Assembly: GCA_964623835.1 (NCBI GenBank)
Contig: CAZUVN010000002.1
Location: 1-45,090 of the forward strand
DNA from: an uncultured Candidatus Peribacteria bacterium
Lineage (GTDB): Bacteria > Patescibacteriota > Gracilibacteria > Peribacterales > Peribacteraceae
Length of the DNA: 45,090 nt
Direction of reading: 5' to 3'
Made by a program: the position numbers and the translations under genes. The notes beneath the pieces were generated by a model that made no database searches, had not been told where the DNA came from, and saw nothing but the letters and a program-made list of their open reading frames with translations. This document shows, one piece after another, positions 8,449-19,003 of the stretch; position 1 is the first letter of the stretch, and each line of letters begins with the position of its first letter.

Positions 8449-9582
8449 TTAGTACGAAGAGCTGGATCCGGAACAAGAATAATCACCGGAGCATGCTGAG
8501 TCGGCGCAATCTGTGTAGCCGTTGGAATCGTTGTCGATAGCATCCGAACAATTGGACTCAGAGTAGGACTCAGATGAAGAAGATGAAGAGGACTGTGCGC
8601 AAACGGGATCGCTGGAACAGGCACTGTCATTACAATCTGTATAGCCATTGTTATCGTTATCTACCGAATCGGAACAATCGTTCTCGGTCGACGGATAGGA
8701 AGACGATGATTCCTGGCAAGCAGGATCCGAATAGCACGCGGAATCACTACAGTCCGTCGCTCCGTTGTCATCGTTATCAATACCATCTGTACACTGTTCG
8801 GGCGGAGAGCTGCTGCTGGAGCTTTGACCCCCACAAATGCTGGAGAGATCAACAGTTACAGCATCTCCGACTTGAACCGTTTGCCCTCCACCATGACGAT
8901 AAAGTGCTATTTCAGTTGATCCATTTGTAACCTGGCTGCAATTGATGAAAATCACATTCATATACGCAAGTGCCTGCCCCCTGCCACACGTTGGTACCTC
9001 ACCAACAGTCGCTGCGGCCCACGCATTATTGTCGTTTTTGTACTTAAACGAATAAGTGTAAGCATCACCGGTTGCTCGACCATCTTTTATAGTCAGGCTA
9101 ACCGGGATCAACACTTTGTCATTATCAGGGTTGGAATCATCATCATTTGCTTTTGAAGGATGAATTTCAGCAACACTTAAGGCGCTGATATCCAATTGTC
9201 CGTTTGTGGAAAGAGCAATACTCATTGTTGGCGCAGATGAGTTTGCACCTACTCTTGCCGAAGCTGTTGTAACAGTAGGCGCAAGTGACTTTGTACGAAT
9301 ATATGTCTTAAACGTTTCAGATGAATTGGAACCCGTAATTGGATTATCAAAGGGGGTATAATTCGTGCCATCGACTGAATACTCAGATGTTAGATCGACA
9401 GTGTTTGGATAGTTGATAAGTGCTGGCTTGTACTGAACCTGTGTCACATTCCCGAGTGGAACGATTTTTAAGGATGCAGAAAACATACCACTAAGCATAT
9501 TTTCATCTTCAGCAAATGCTGATACAGATAAAGAAATTCCTGCAACGACAGCGAAAACGGATAATAGGCGTTGATTCTGCAT
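8449..9582 (-). CDS. Secreted protein with three C-terminal Asp/Cys-rich (DNDxNG, metal/Ca-binding-like) modules separated by poly-Ser linkers
   Basis: Start taken at MQNQRLLSVFAVVAGISLSVSAFA (signal peptide). The C-terminus carries three copies of C-[ST]-D-x-[IV]-DND-x-NG-x-TDC-x-DSAC-x-x-D-x-x-C joined by SSSS runs. Confidence 0.8.
   Translation of the reverse strand: MQNQRLLSVFAVVAGISLSVSAFAEDENMLSGMFSASLKIVPLGNVTQVQYKPALINYPNTVDLTSEYSVDGTNYTPFDNPITGSNSSETFKTYIRTKSLAPTVTTASARVGANSSAPTMSIALSTNGQLDISALSVAEIHPSKANDDDSNPDNDKVLIPVSLTIKDGRATGDAYTYSFKYKNDNNAWAAATVGEVPTCGRGQALAYMNVIFINCSQVTNGSTEIALYRHGGGQTVQVGDAVTVDLSSICGGQSSSSSSPPEQCTDGIDNDDNGATDCSDSACYSDPACQESSSSYPSTENDCSDSVDNDNNGYTDCNDSACSSDPVCAQSSSSSSSESYSESNCSDAIDNDSNGYTDCADSACSGDYSCSGSSSSY
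8452..8793 (-). repeat. Coding tandem repeat: three ~26-aa Cys/Asp modules with Ser-rich spacers
   Basis: The three modules are CTDGIDNDDNGATDCSDSACYSDPAC, CSDSVDNDNNGYTDCNDSACSSDPVC and CSDAIDNDSNGYTDCADSACSGDYSC. Confidence 0.8.
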
Positions 9583-9765
9583 ATAGATTAAGTATTGGAA
9601 TGGATACGTGCCCACATTGTACGCGTTGAATAATTACATTCCCATTGCGGCATATCCACATAGTAGATCACCTCTACTTTAGCAAAGAATAATCGTGCCA
9701 AGCCCCCTTTTCATTTCATACATCTTCTGCTACCGTCAAAGAGAACTGATTTCCGTCTTTTTCTC

Positions 9766-11115
9766 ATGTCTCAGCCCCTTTTCCGCACTCCCCGTGGTAC
9801 CAATGACCTCCTTCCGGAGGATCACCAATATCACACGTATATAAAGAAAGCTGTGCGTCATCGCGCACGTCAGGCAGGTTTCAAACGCATCGACCCGCCG
9901 GTGTACGAAAATCGTGCGATTTTTGAGCGCGGCATCGGTGAACATACGGATATTGTCGAAAAAGAACTCTTCCTTGTTACATCGAAACAGAAGAGTGATG
10001 ACGCGGCAGAGCTTGCCCTTCGTCCCGAATTTACTGCCGGTATTTGCCGTGCATATGTGGAGCACGGCATGCAGCAATTACCTCAACCGGTGCAACTCTA
10101 TTCGATCGGTCAGTGCTTCCGCCACGACCGTCCGCAGAAAGGACGCTACCGCCAATTTCACCAGTTCGACTTTGAAATGATCGGCTTGAAAGATGCGTCG
10201 CTGGATGCGCAGCTGATTCAGGTGATTGTCAAAATACTCGACGATCTGCGCATTATGGACAGACTGACGCTGCAGATTAACAACGTTGGTAATGCGGAAA
10301 ACCGCAAAGAGTTTTGTCAGGCATTGAAAGATTTCTTCATTGGCAAAGAGCGAAACCTTCCCGAGCTCGATCAGAAGCGACTTCAATACAACCCTCTTCG
10401 CCTGCTCGATTCCAAAGAGGAAGACACGCAGATTCTATTGAAAAACGCACCCAAGTTGGAACAGTTCGTCGATGACGAATCGCGCGCGTACCACGAGACC
10501 GTTCTGGAGTACCTCGAAGCGCTGGATATCAAGTACGTTAAAAACGAAGGACTTGTCCGAGGCCTCGATTACTACAATCAAACCGTGTTCGAGTTGTGGG
10601 ACAGTTCGACCGGCGCACAGAACGCCGTTGGGGGAGGTGGTCGCTATGACAGCCTTATTGAGCTCTTTGGCGGTCATTCAACACCGGGACTGGGCGCTGC
10701 ATGCGGCATGGAACGCATTATCTGGCACATGAAAGAAGCCGGCATTCAAGCCCCGAACAAAGACCAGGTTGATGTGTTTGTTGCGCAGCTGGGACCGGAG
10801 GCAAAGAAAACCTGCTTGAAGCTGATTACGGACCTGCGTGAAATGGGTGTTCACACCGTGGGAGCCCTTGGCGAAGCAAGCCTGAAGAGCCAAATGCGTT
10901 TGGCCGACAAGTTTGAAGCGCGATACACACTGCTACTGGGCAAGATGGAGGTAAAGGACGGCACCATTATTCTGCGCGATATGAAAGCCGGTAAGCAGAA
11001 GCAGATTCCGTTCAAGGACACACTGAAGACAATCAAGAAGTTGCTTGGCGAGAAGAACTTGGATACGTATTCGCTGACCGATCACATGGGCAACATCATT
11101 GATCAGGGTGAATAA
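9766..11115 (+). CDS. hisS: Histidine--tRNA ligase
   Basis: 449 aa with class II aaRS HisRS motifs: RGTNDLLP, LRPEFTAGICRAY, QCFRHDRPQKGRYRQFHQFDFE, GGGGRYDSL. Confidence 0.95.
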   Translation: MSQPLFRTPRGTNDLLPEDHQYHTYIKKAVRHRARQAGFKRIDPPVYENRAIFERGIGEHTDIVEKELFLVTSKQKSDDAAELALRPEFTAGICRAYVEHGMQQLPQPVQLYSIGQCFRHDRPQKGRYRQFHQFDFEMIGLKDASLDAQLIQVIVKILDDLRIMDRLTLQINNVGNAENRKEFCQALKDFFIGKERNLPELDQKRLQYNPLRLLDSKEEDTQILLKNAPKLEQFVDDESRAYHETVLEYLEALDIKYVKNEGLVRGLDYYNQTVFELWDSSTGAQNAVGGGGRYDSLIELFGGHSTPGLGAACGMERIIWHMKEAGIQAPNKDQVDVFVAQLGPEAKKTCLKLITDLREMGVHTVGALGEASLKSQMRLADKFEARYTLLLGKMEVKDGTIILRDMKAGKQKQIPFKDTLKTIKKLLGEKNLDTYSLTDHMGNIIDQGE

Positions 11116-11188
11116 ATGATCTTGAAAGTACGGAAAATGAGAGGAGGATGAGAAACGTCCTTCGCTCTTTTCCAAAAGGAGGTGAATC

Positions 11189-11452
11189 GTGACGAAGCGG
11201 AAGAAACGGAGTGTGGCATGGCTGCATTCGGAGTATCTCTGGCTCGCGCTGGGCGGATTGGTGTTCACGTCGATCCTGATCATTTCGGGAGAAAAATGGG
11301 CGGGTATTCTCGCTCTCGTGTGTTACAGCATTTCTCTCGGATTGCGGATCGTCGATCGAATGCCCGAACCTGCACCGACCGACAAACCATCTGCTCCGGT
11401 CGTCATCGCCGGGCAGATGCGATACACGACAACCATGCGGAAGGCAGCATGA
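11189..11452 (+). CDS. Small two-TM membrane protein (hypothetical)
   Basis: GTG start preceded by AAGGAGG (11176-11182) with a 6-nt spacer. Two hydrophobic segments: YLWLALGGLVFTSILIISG and WAGILALVCYSISLGL. The overlapping 137-aa ORF in another frame looks like Arg-rich noise. Confidence 0.55.
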   Translation: MTKRKKRSVAWLHSEYLWLALGGLVFTSILIISGEKWAGILALVCYSISLGLRIVDRMPEPAPTDKPSAPVVIAGQMRYTTTMRKAA

Positions 11453-11470
11453 AAAGAAGGACAATCATCC

Positions 11471-11499
11471 TGTGCGGCGGGCCTTCGGCCCGCCGCACA
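11471..11499. terminator. GC-rich 13-bp hairpin between convergent genes (putative bidirectional terminator)
   Basis: TGTGCGGCGGGCC-ttc-GGCCCGCCGCACA. There is no clean U-run on either side. Confidence 0.5.
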
Positions 11500-11518
11500 T
11501 CTCTTATGCATAATGTGA

Positions 11519-12193
11519 TTACACAGCTGCCATGTTCATCACGTGCAAACGGAAGAACACTTTTGCACATTGCCAGAACATATCGAGCCGCATGATGAAG
11601 CCGCGGACTAATCCACGCTTCACCTCTTTTGATACCTGCTGCAACCCAGGAACGCGCTCGTATCCCAAGCGAAGATCGTGACGATGGGCGTAATAATTCA
11701 GCGCAAGTTCAACCTCGAATCCCTTGCGGTCTTCAGCCGGGACCATATCCCATACGGATCGCCGAAGAATACGCTCACCGCCAACAGAATAATGGGCGGG
11801 AAAATAGAGCTGGAACGATTCTGTAACCCGATCACGGATGAGAGAAAACATGTCATATCCATCTACCTCGATGCGATGAATGAGCAGATCGATCATGCTT
11901 TGATTGAGCCCGATCAGATCAGCATCGGAAAACAGCAGAAGATCATGTTGTGCATGCGCGACGCCCGCGGCCATCGCATCTCCTTTTCCCCTGTTCTGTG
12001 GAAATTCGATAACCATAGCGCCTGCTTCTTGCGCATTCTGAACGGTTTTATCAGTCGATCCGTCGCTGACAACAATAACTTCGGCGACTCGAGGATGGCG
12101 GAGGTATTCGCGGACAACCGATGCAACGGTGGGCCCTTCGTTAAGTGCGGCAATAATCACCGATACATTTTTCTGTTGTGTAGAAGAATGCAT
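11519..12193 (-). CDS. Family 2 glycosyltransferase (GT-A fold)
   Basis: 224 aa. VSVIIAALNEGPTV and VIVVSDGSTDKT, plus SDADL as a DxD-like motif. Confidence 0.85.
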   Translation of the reverse strand: MHSSTQQKNVSVIIAALNEGPTVASVVREYLRHPRVAEVIVVSDGSTDKTVQNAQEAGAMVIEFPQNRGKGDAMAAGVAHAQHDLLLFSDADLIGLNQSMIDLLIHRIEVDGYDMFSLIRDRVTESFQLYFPAHYSVGGERILRRSVWDMVPAEDRKGFEVELALNYYAHRHDLRLGYERVPGLQQVSKEVKRGLVRGFIMRLDMFWQCAKVFFRLHVMNMAAV

Positions 12194-12221
12194 AAAAAGA
12201 AGGGGAAGTGATTCCCCTTCT
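12194..12221 (-). terminator. Rho-independent terminator after gyrB, abutting the GT2 start codon
   Basis: Minus strand reads AGAAGGGGAA-TCAC-TTCCCCTTCT, then TTTT, followed directly by ATG 12193. Confidence 0.65.
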
Positions 12222-12260
12222 CTGACGAAGCGATGACTTGATCATGACAAAAACTCCGAC

Positions 12261-14309
<2,049 letters not shown>

Positions 14310-14331
14310 TCAGAGGAGAAAATACGGGAGA

Positions 14332-14360
14332 ATTGTAGCAAAATTAGTTCTCCGGACCAA
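14332..14360 (-). promoter_or_regulatory. gyrB promoter
   Basis: Minus strand: TTGGTC (14355-14360), 17 nt, then TACAAT preceded by TGC (TGCTACAAT, 14332-14340). The ~40-nt leader contains AAGGAGG. Confidence 0.55.
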
Positions 14361-14404
14361 GAGACATGACAGTTGATATTTGTATAAAAATAGTCTGAAT
14401 TAGC

Positions 14405-14428
14405 AAAAAAAAGACCCATCTCTGGGTC
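14405..14428 (-). terminator. Rho-independent terminator after rpsU
   Basis: Minus strand: GACCCA-GAGA-TGGGTC followed by TTTTTTTT. Confidence 0.8.
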
Positions 14429-14452
14429 TTGGATTGCAGGATGGAAACAACC

Positions 14453-14668
14453 TTACATGTTGCTATAAAACTTCTTCTTGCGGTTCTCTGCGCGGTAGGC
14501 CTCGCGCTTAAGGGCGCGCAGACGCTGGAGGCGCTTGCTGGGGGTGCGACTCAGGATATTGCGAGCACGCAGTTTCTTGATAAGTCCGGATTTCTGGACC
14601 TGCTGCTTGAACCGCTGCTGAAGGCGGTCATTGCTCTCTTCGCCGTGTTTGTGGGCATGGATTGCCAT
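14453..14668 (-). CDS. rpsU: 30S ribosomal protein S21
   Basis: 71 aa and basic. The layout ...ESNDRLQQRFKQQVQKSGLIKKLRARN...PSKRLQRLRALKREAYR matches the S21 pattern. Confidence 0.88.
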   Translation of the reverse strand: MAIHAHKHGEESNDRLQQRFKQQVQKSGLIKKLRARNILSRTPSKRLQRLRALKREAYRAENRKKKFYSNM

Positions 14669-14678
14669 AAGTGCGGGG

Positions 14679-14707
14679 ACTTTACGGGATCAAATTGGGC
14701 TTTGCAA
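14679..14707 (-). promoter_or_regulatory. rpsU promoter (very short leader)
   Basis: Minus strand: TTGCAA (14702-14707), 17 nt, TAAAGT (14679-14684), then 10 nt to ATG 14668. Confidence 0.5.
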
Positions 14708-14718
14708 GGTGATTTTAC

Positions 14719-15090
14719 TCACAATCTGACATAATCCGATAGTTCGTTCCGTTGCTGCATTGTTAGTTTTCGTAACACATCCTTCACAAAATCCCTATAT
14801 CCCCCATCCTGCATATTTTCGAGTGTTTGACCGAGTTCTTCGGAATCGATATCGAGCATTGTTGGACACATTGCCGCAACCTGTTCAACCGGGCTCTGCC
14901 TACTCGGCTGAACCTCCATTGCTGCTTTGGCGATCTGATCCCAGTTCGCATTGAAGTCAAAAAGACCAATCAAAAACATTCGAACATGCAGAGAGCCCGC
15001 AAGAAGAGAATCCAAGCGATTTTTCTGATTAGAGGTGACATTCTCACTATCCATCCATTCCAGAAAGTCCGCAGGAATGTTGTTTGACAT
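14719..15090 (-). CDS. Hypothetical acidic protein
   Basis: 123-aa ORF in an operon-like array, 11 nt after the upstream stop. I recognise no motif. Confidence 0.55.
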   Translation of the reverse strand: MSNNIPADFLEWMDSENVTSNQKNRLDSLLAGSLHVRMFLIGLFDFNANWDQIAKAAMEVQPSRQSPVEQVAAMCPTMLDIDSEELGQTLENMQDGGYRDFVKDVLRKLTMQQRNELSDYVRL

Positions 15091-15101
15091 AGAAAGCTAT
15101 T

Positions 15102-15803
15102 CTACAACCGCAGGATCGCCGCAACAACGGCACTTTCCGGTAACTTACCGGCTTCTACCAGTGCCACGCGGCCGCGGTGAGCAACGGCATGTGCCATTGC
15201 ATCCTGCACCTTCGTATCCTGTTTTTCGGCGCCATCCGTCACCAGCAACAGATCGATCTTGCCAAGTTCTCCTGCCGCAATGATCGCATCAATGTCATTG
15301 CTGGTACGACCAGTCCCTAACAGATTGCCGTATTCTTCAATCAATGTTTCGGCCTGCTTCATTTGATGCGCCTTTACGATTGCATCTGCTTTTTCTTTCA
15401 GCTCTTCCATCTGCATCTGCTGCGCGCTTCCTTTGATGTAGTCCTCCAACAGCATGCCGGACTGATCGAACTTCTTGAACATGCCGTACTCTTCGGCAAC
15501 ACCGGCAAAGACCAACGGCAACCGAGCTGTGTGCACAACCGGGTACACACTCTTGGCCACTTTGTGGAGATACTCATCTTCCTCCTGCTCTGCCACGTCT
15601 TTTGCTCCACCCTGACCGTGGAACATTCCTGCTCCACCCCCCGTCGAGTGTGACTGAACCGATTGTTCGTGTCGCTCCATGCCCGCCCACGCTTCACTCA
15701 TACTTGCAGGCATACCCTCCACTGTAAGCGGCTTGATAGTGCCATCGCCTACATGGAAAAGTTGTGCATGATTCTTACTGACGGCGAGAATGAAGTACTG
15801 CAT
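15102..15803 (-). CDS. Hypothetical protein, tentatively eRF1/Pelota-like (baeRF / host-attachment superfamily)
   Basis: 233 aa. The layout is an N-terminal beta-rich segment, a Gly-rich HSTGGGAGMFHGQGGAKD segment, and a C-terminal DLLLVTDG...GRVALVE...VAAILRL. It resembles the bacterial aeRF1-like families as I remember them. The functional call is weak. Confidence 0.6.
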   Translation of the reverse strand: MQYFILAVSKNHAQLFHVGDGTIKPLTVEGMPASMSEAWAGMERHEQSVQSHSTGGGAGMFHGQGGAKDVAEQEEDEYLHKVAKSVYPVVHTARLPLVFAGVAEEYGMFKKFDQSGMLLEDYIKGSAQQMQMEELKEKADAIVKAHQMKQAETLIEEYGNLLGTGRTSNDIDAIIAAGELGKIDLLLVTDGAEKQDTKVQDAMAHAVAHRGRVALVEAGKLPESAVVAAILRL

Positions 15804-15860
15804 AAATTGAGGAGCAAGGAAGTAGGATGTAGAGACTAGGAGAACAGGATTGTACGACTG

Positions 15861-17474
15861 TTACCGGAGAAGGTCGAGCGCCTTCAACAGTACCATATCA
15901 CGAGTACCATCTCCGGCTGCTACGGGAACATCGGGCTCAAGGCCGTTCTTATTGATGGCTCGACCTTCGGGCGTCAACCACTCGGCAATCGTCATCTTCA
16001 TACTGGAACCATCGCTGAACTCGACGATCTGCTGAACCGTTCCTTTGCCGAATGTCTTTTCACCGATGACAATCGCGCGTTTGTAGTCCTGCAACGCGCC
16101 CGCAACGATCTCCGATGCGCTTGCTGATCCTTTGTTCACAAGGACGACCATCTGCACGTCTTCATTAATCGTCGGCTTGTCCGACGTCACTTCGGTAAAT
16201 TCCTCGCTTGCAGATTTAATGACCGCAACGCTGCTACCTTCCGGCAGGAAATTGCTCAGAGTGATTTCGGCAGCATGCAGCAAGCCGCCGGGGTTATTTC
16301 GCAGATCGAGAATCAGACCTTTGGGATTCTTACTCTGCACATCGGCCATTAAGGAACGCAGTTGTGTGTCGGTCGTCTGGCCAAACTGCACAATACGGAC
16401 AATCGCGACGCCGTCCTGAGTGGAGATATCAATCTCGGGCAATCTGACGGTGTCACGTGTTACATCAATATCCGTTTCGGAACCATCACGCAGAATGGTC
16501 AGCTTCACCGACGTTCCCTTGGGACCGCGAATTTTATCGACGGCCTGAACAAGGTTCATATTTGCCAATGTTTCACCGTTCACTTTGATAATCCGATCAC
16601 CCGCTCGGATGCCGGCCTTCTGTGCCGGAGAGCCGTTGATAGGAGCAATGACGGTCAGCGCGTTATCGGCATATTCTACCTGTGCACCGATACCCGATAC
16701 CTCTCCCTGGAACTGTTCCTGGAAATTTTTCGCATCAGCAGGTCGCATGAAAACCGTATACGGATCATCCAGACTGTTCACGAGTGCCTCGGCAGCCTTG
16801 TATCCCGCCTCCTTCGGATCGATTTTTGTGTTGTACAGATATTGCTGGTTGAGCAGCTGCCATACGGTGCGCAGAAGATCATTCTGCGGCAGCTCAACCT
16901 GCTTTTTCTGCTTATACTGCACTTTGATGCTAGTTGCATTCGTTTTGGTGGTGGTCTGAGTATTGCCTGACAACTTCTGCAGCATGAGCTTCGCCTCACG
17001 ACCGGTCAGGTTGCGTGACGTACCGAACAGCGTTGAACGAACGGGCTTCATCCATTCCTGTTCAACCGCCAATTGTGCGGCTTCTTCTATGCCTTTTACA
17101 TCGGTGAACGAAAGCTTGGACCCTGAGGGTCTCATGTTACGAATTTTCATCGCGATAACCGCCGCTTCGCCTCGTGTAATTGGTTTCCGGAGAGATGCAT
17201 CGGACACACTAAAGGCCGTCATGGCGCCATACGTTTCTGCAATATGCACATACGGCTTGTATGCCTGGGGAATCGACGGCTTGTATGTTTCCTTCGGTAC
17301 GGCTTTCACATCCACCGGAAGACCCAACTCCACAATCACTGCGCGAAGAAAATCACCTCTGGTGACAAGAGCGTTGTCTTTGACATTCAGCGACTGTGCA
17401 CCAAACGACGTAAGAGGGAGTGTAATCGAGAGAAAGAAGAGACCAAGTCGTTGAAGGTTGCGTGATGATGACAT
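15861..17474 (-). CDS. ctpA: S41 carboxy-terminal processing peptidase with N-terminal SLH-like modules and a PDZ domain
   Basis: Start taken at MSSSRNLQRLGLFFLSITLPLTSFGAQS (signal peptide). PDZ segment GIGAQVEY...INGSPAQKAGIRAGDRIIKVNGE. S41 motifs LILDLRNNPGGLL, NKGSASASEIVAGALQD and TFGKGTVQ. SLH-like segments KPITRGEAAVIAMKI and SFTDVKG...LTGREAKLMLQKL. Confidence 0.9.
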   Translation of the reverse strand: MSSSRNLQRLGLFFLSITLPLTSFGAQSLNVKDNALVTRGDFLRAVIVELGLPVDVKAVPKETYKPSIPQAYKPYVHIAETYGAMTAFSVSDASLRKPITRGEAAVIAMKIRNMRPSGSKLSFTDVKGIEEAAQLAVEQEWMKPVRSTLFGTSRNLTGREAKLMLQKLSGNTQTTTKTNATSIKVQYKQKKQVELPQNDLLRTVWQLLNQQYLYNTKIDPKEAGYKAAEALVNSLDDPYTVFMRPADAKNFQEQFQGEVSGIGAQVEYADNALTVIAPINGSPAQKAGIRAGDRIIKVNGETLANMNLVQAVDKIRGPKGTSVKLTILRDGSETDIDVTRDTVRLPEIDISTQDGVAIVRIVQFGQTTDTQLRSLMADVQSKNPKGLILDLRNNPGGLLHAAEITLSNFLPEGSSVAVIKSASEEFTEVTSDKPTINEDVQMVVLVNKGSASASEIVAGALQDYKRAIVIGEKTFGKGTVQQIVEFSDGSSMKMTIAEWLTPEGRAINKNGLEPDVPVAAGDGTRDMVLLKALDLLR

Positions 17475-17633
17475 GAAGCAGCGGGGGTTCTCCGCAAAAC
17501 GGAGAAAATAAAGCGCATGCATTCTACGCGCTGCTTCTTTACATTAACAATAAATCAGAACGATATTTTGATTTCAGCTCAAGATAATAATGATACGGTA
17601 CTGAGTGATGCCGGCTGAACAGATCGTCTACTA

Positions 17634-18995
17634 TTATTGATTTTCCGCAACCTCCTGCATCAGCTCTTCCTTTGTCACAAGGTGACCGCGTTCGGCGATA
17701 TTCTCTTTACGCATGAAGAGTGACGTCAACAACCAGAATCCCCCAACGACGTACAGTAGGGCAGGCACAAGAAGCAGCGGGATATTGCCAAGAAACCCGG
17801 GCGCATTATTACCAAGTAGATCGGCTACCGACTGCGGATTCCCCGGAAGAATATCGGGCAAGGTCACAAGGAAGTTGAAGAGCCCATGCAACACGACCGC
17901 TGCCAGAAGGCCAGTCGTCAACATTTGCACTCGAAACATCGACACTTCACGCAGACGCAGCATTGATCCTACTGCATGGAGAACGCGATGAACGCGACCC
18001 TTCGCATGTGCCTCGGCCAAAACGGGTGATGCAAAGATCGCCAGTCCGAGGAAGTAGCCCATGACACCAGTGGAAAGAATATGCACCATGCTAGTCAGAA
18101 CTGAACGCCCGAGAATGTTCCCGAGGAATCCACCGATATCGGGGGCGGCACCATGGAACAGGTATTCACGGACAAAGGCGGTGAAATACACAGGGTTGAT
18201 AATATTTTCGGCAAACGCGAATCCTATGGCAGCCATAATCGACAGCTGCATCACATCATCAATACTGGTGAATACCTGCTTTCCGCTGCGGCTGAGTACC
18301 CAGTACTTGCTTACTTCCTCTATAAGACCGACAAACATGAACGAGAGTAGTGTCACAAGAACCATCACCGATGTCTGACTGAGGCCGCCGGCGTAGCCTG
18401 ACACAAACAATTCCGATGCGCGGTTGAAGCTCTCCGGTTTAATCGTGAAAAAGAAAAACTTCAGTTCCACTCCCCTGCGAACGAGCGAGTCGTAAAAAAG
18501 AATAGGAACCGTTGAGAGGACGCCTGCCAGAAAGAGCAACACGACCGTCGTCAGACGTTCTCGGTGATACTTGAGGAATAGGCGACACCAGATGACAGCC
18601 GGAACAAGTGCAATCGCGGCAGCTATCATGCGAATGCGGAAGTCGGACACCGAATCGTGGCCAAACATGCGCAAAGAAATCCAGAAGAGGAATGTCAGTA
18701 GAAGCACCAGCTTGGTCTGGACATCCCATGGCCCAAAGAGCGATCTCCATCCAATCGCCAATAGAAGAAGTGCGAGAGCTGCGGCATAGGAGTTCGATTG
18801 TCCGGCCTGCATAAACAAATCCGTTGACCGAATGAGCCCAACAGACAGGAATGTTCCCAGTGCACCGGCAAAGAAGAGATGCGATGGTCGATGTTGAATA
18901 CGACGAGCAATATCGACTGTCGCCAGCGCGCCCACCGCACAGAGTACGGCGAGGGATTTCCCGGTGAAAAGCGAGGTTTCAGCCAGAAGAGACAT
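17634..18995 (-). CDS. PrsW-family intramembrane protease (polytopic)
   Basis: 453 aa with many TM segments. Motifs GLIEEVSKYW (EExxK), GFAFAENI and VHILSTGVMGY. Confidence 0.85.
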   Translation of the reverse strand: MSLLAETSLFTGKSLAVLCAVGALATVDIARRIQHRPSHLFFAGALGTFLSVGLIRSTDLFMQAGQSNSYAAALALLLLAIGWRSLFGPWDVQTKLVLLLTFLFWISLRMFGHDSVSDFRIRMIAAAIALVPAVIWCRLFLKYHRERLTTVVLLFLAGVLSTVPILFYDSLVRRGVELKFFFFTIKPESFNRASELFVSGYAGGLSQTSVMVLVTLLSFMFVGLIEEVSKYWVLSRSGKQVFTSIDDVMQLSIMAAIGFAFAENIINPVYFTAFVREYLFHGAAPDIGGFLGNILGRSVLTSMVHILSTGVMGYFLGLAIFASPVLAEAHAKGRVHRVLHAVGSMLRLREVSMFRVQMLTTGLLAAVVLHGLFNFLVTLPDILPGNPQSVADLLGNNAPGFLGNIPLLLVPALLYVVGGFWLLTSLFMRKENIAERGHLVTKEELMQEVAENQ

Positions 18996-19003
18996 ATCTG
19001 ATT

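Noticed and set aside
11182-11595. A 137-aa ORF overlapping the small membrane protein gene in another frame.
   Set aside because: The translation is Arg-rich and low-complexity, and it runs through the strong GC hairpin at 11471-11499. The 87-aa frame has an SD at ideal spacing and two clear TM segments.
15099-15104. TAGAAT 8 nt upstream of ATG 15090, which matches the leaderless promoter geometry.
   Set aside because: The hexamer contains the TAG stop of the upstream gene and the intergenic gap is only 11 nt. Co-transcription with re-initiation is the simpler reading.
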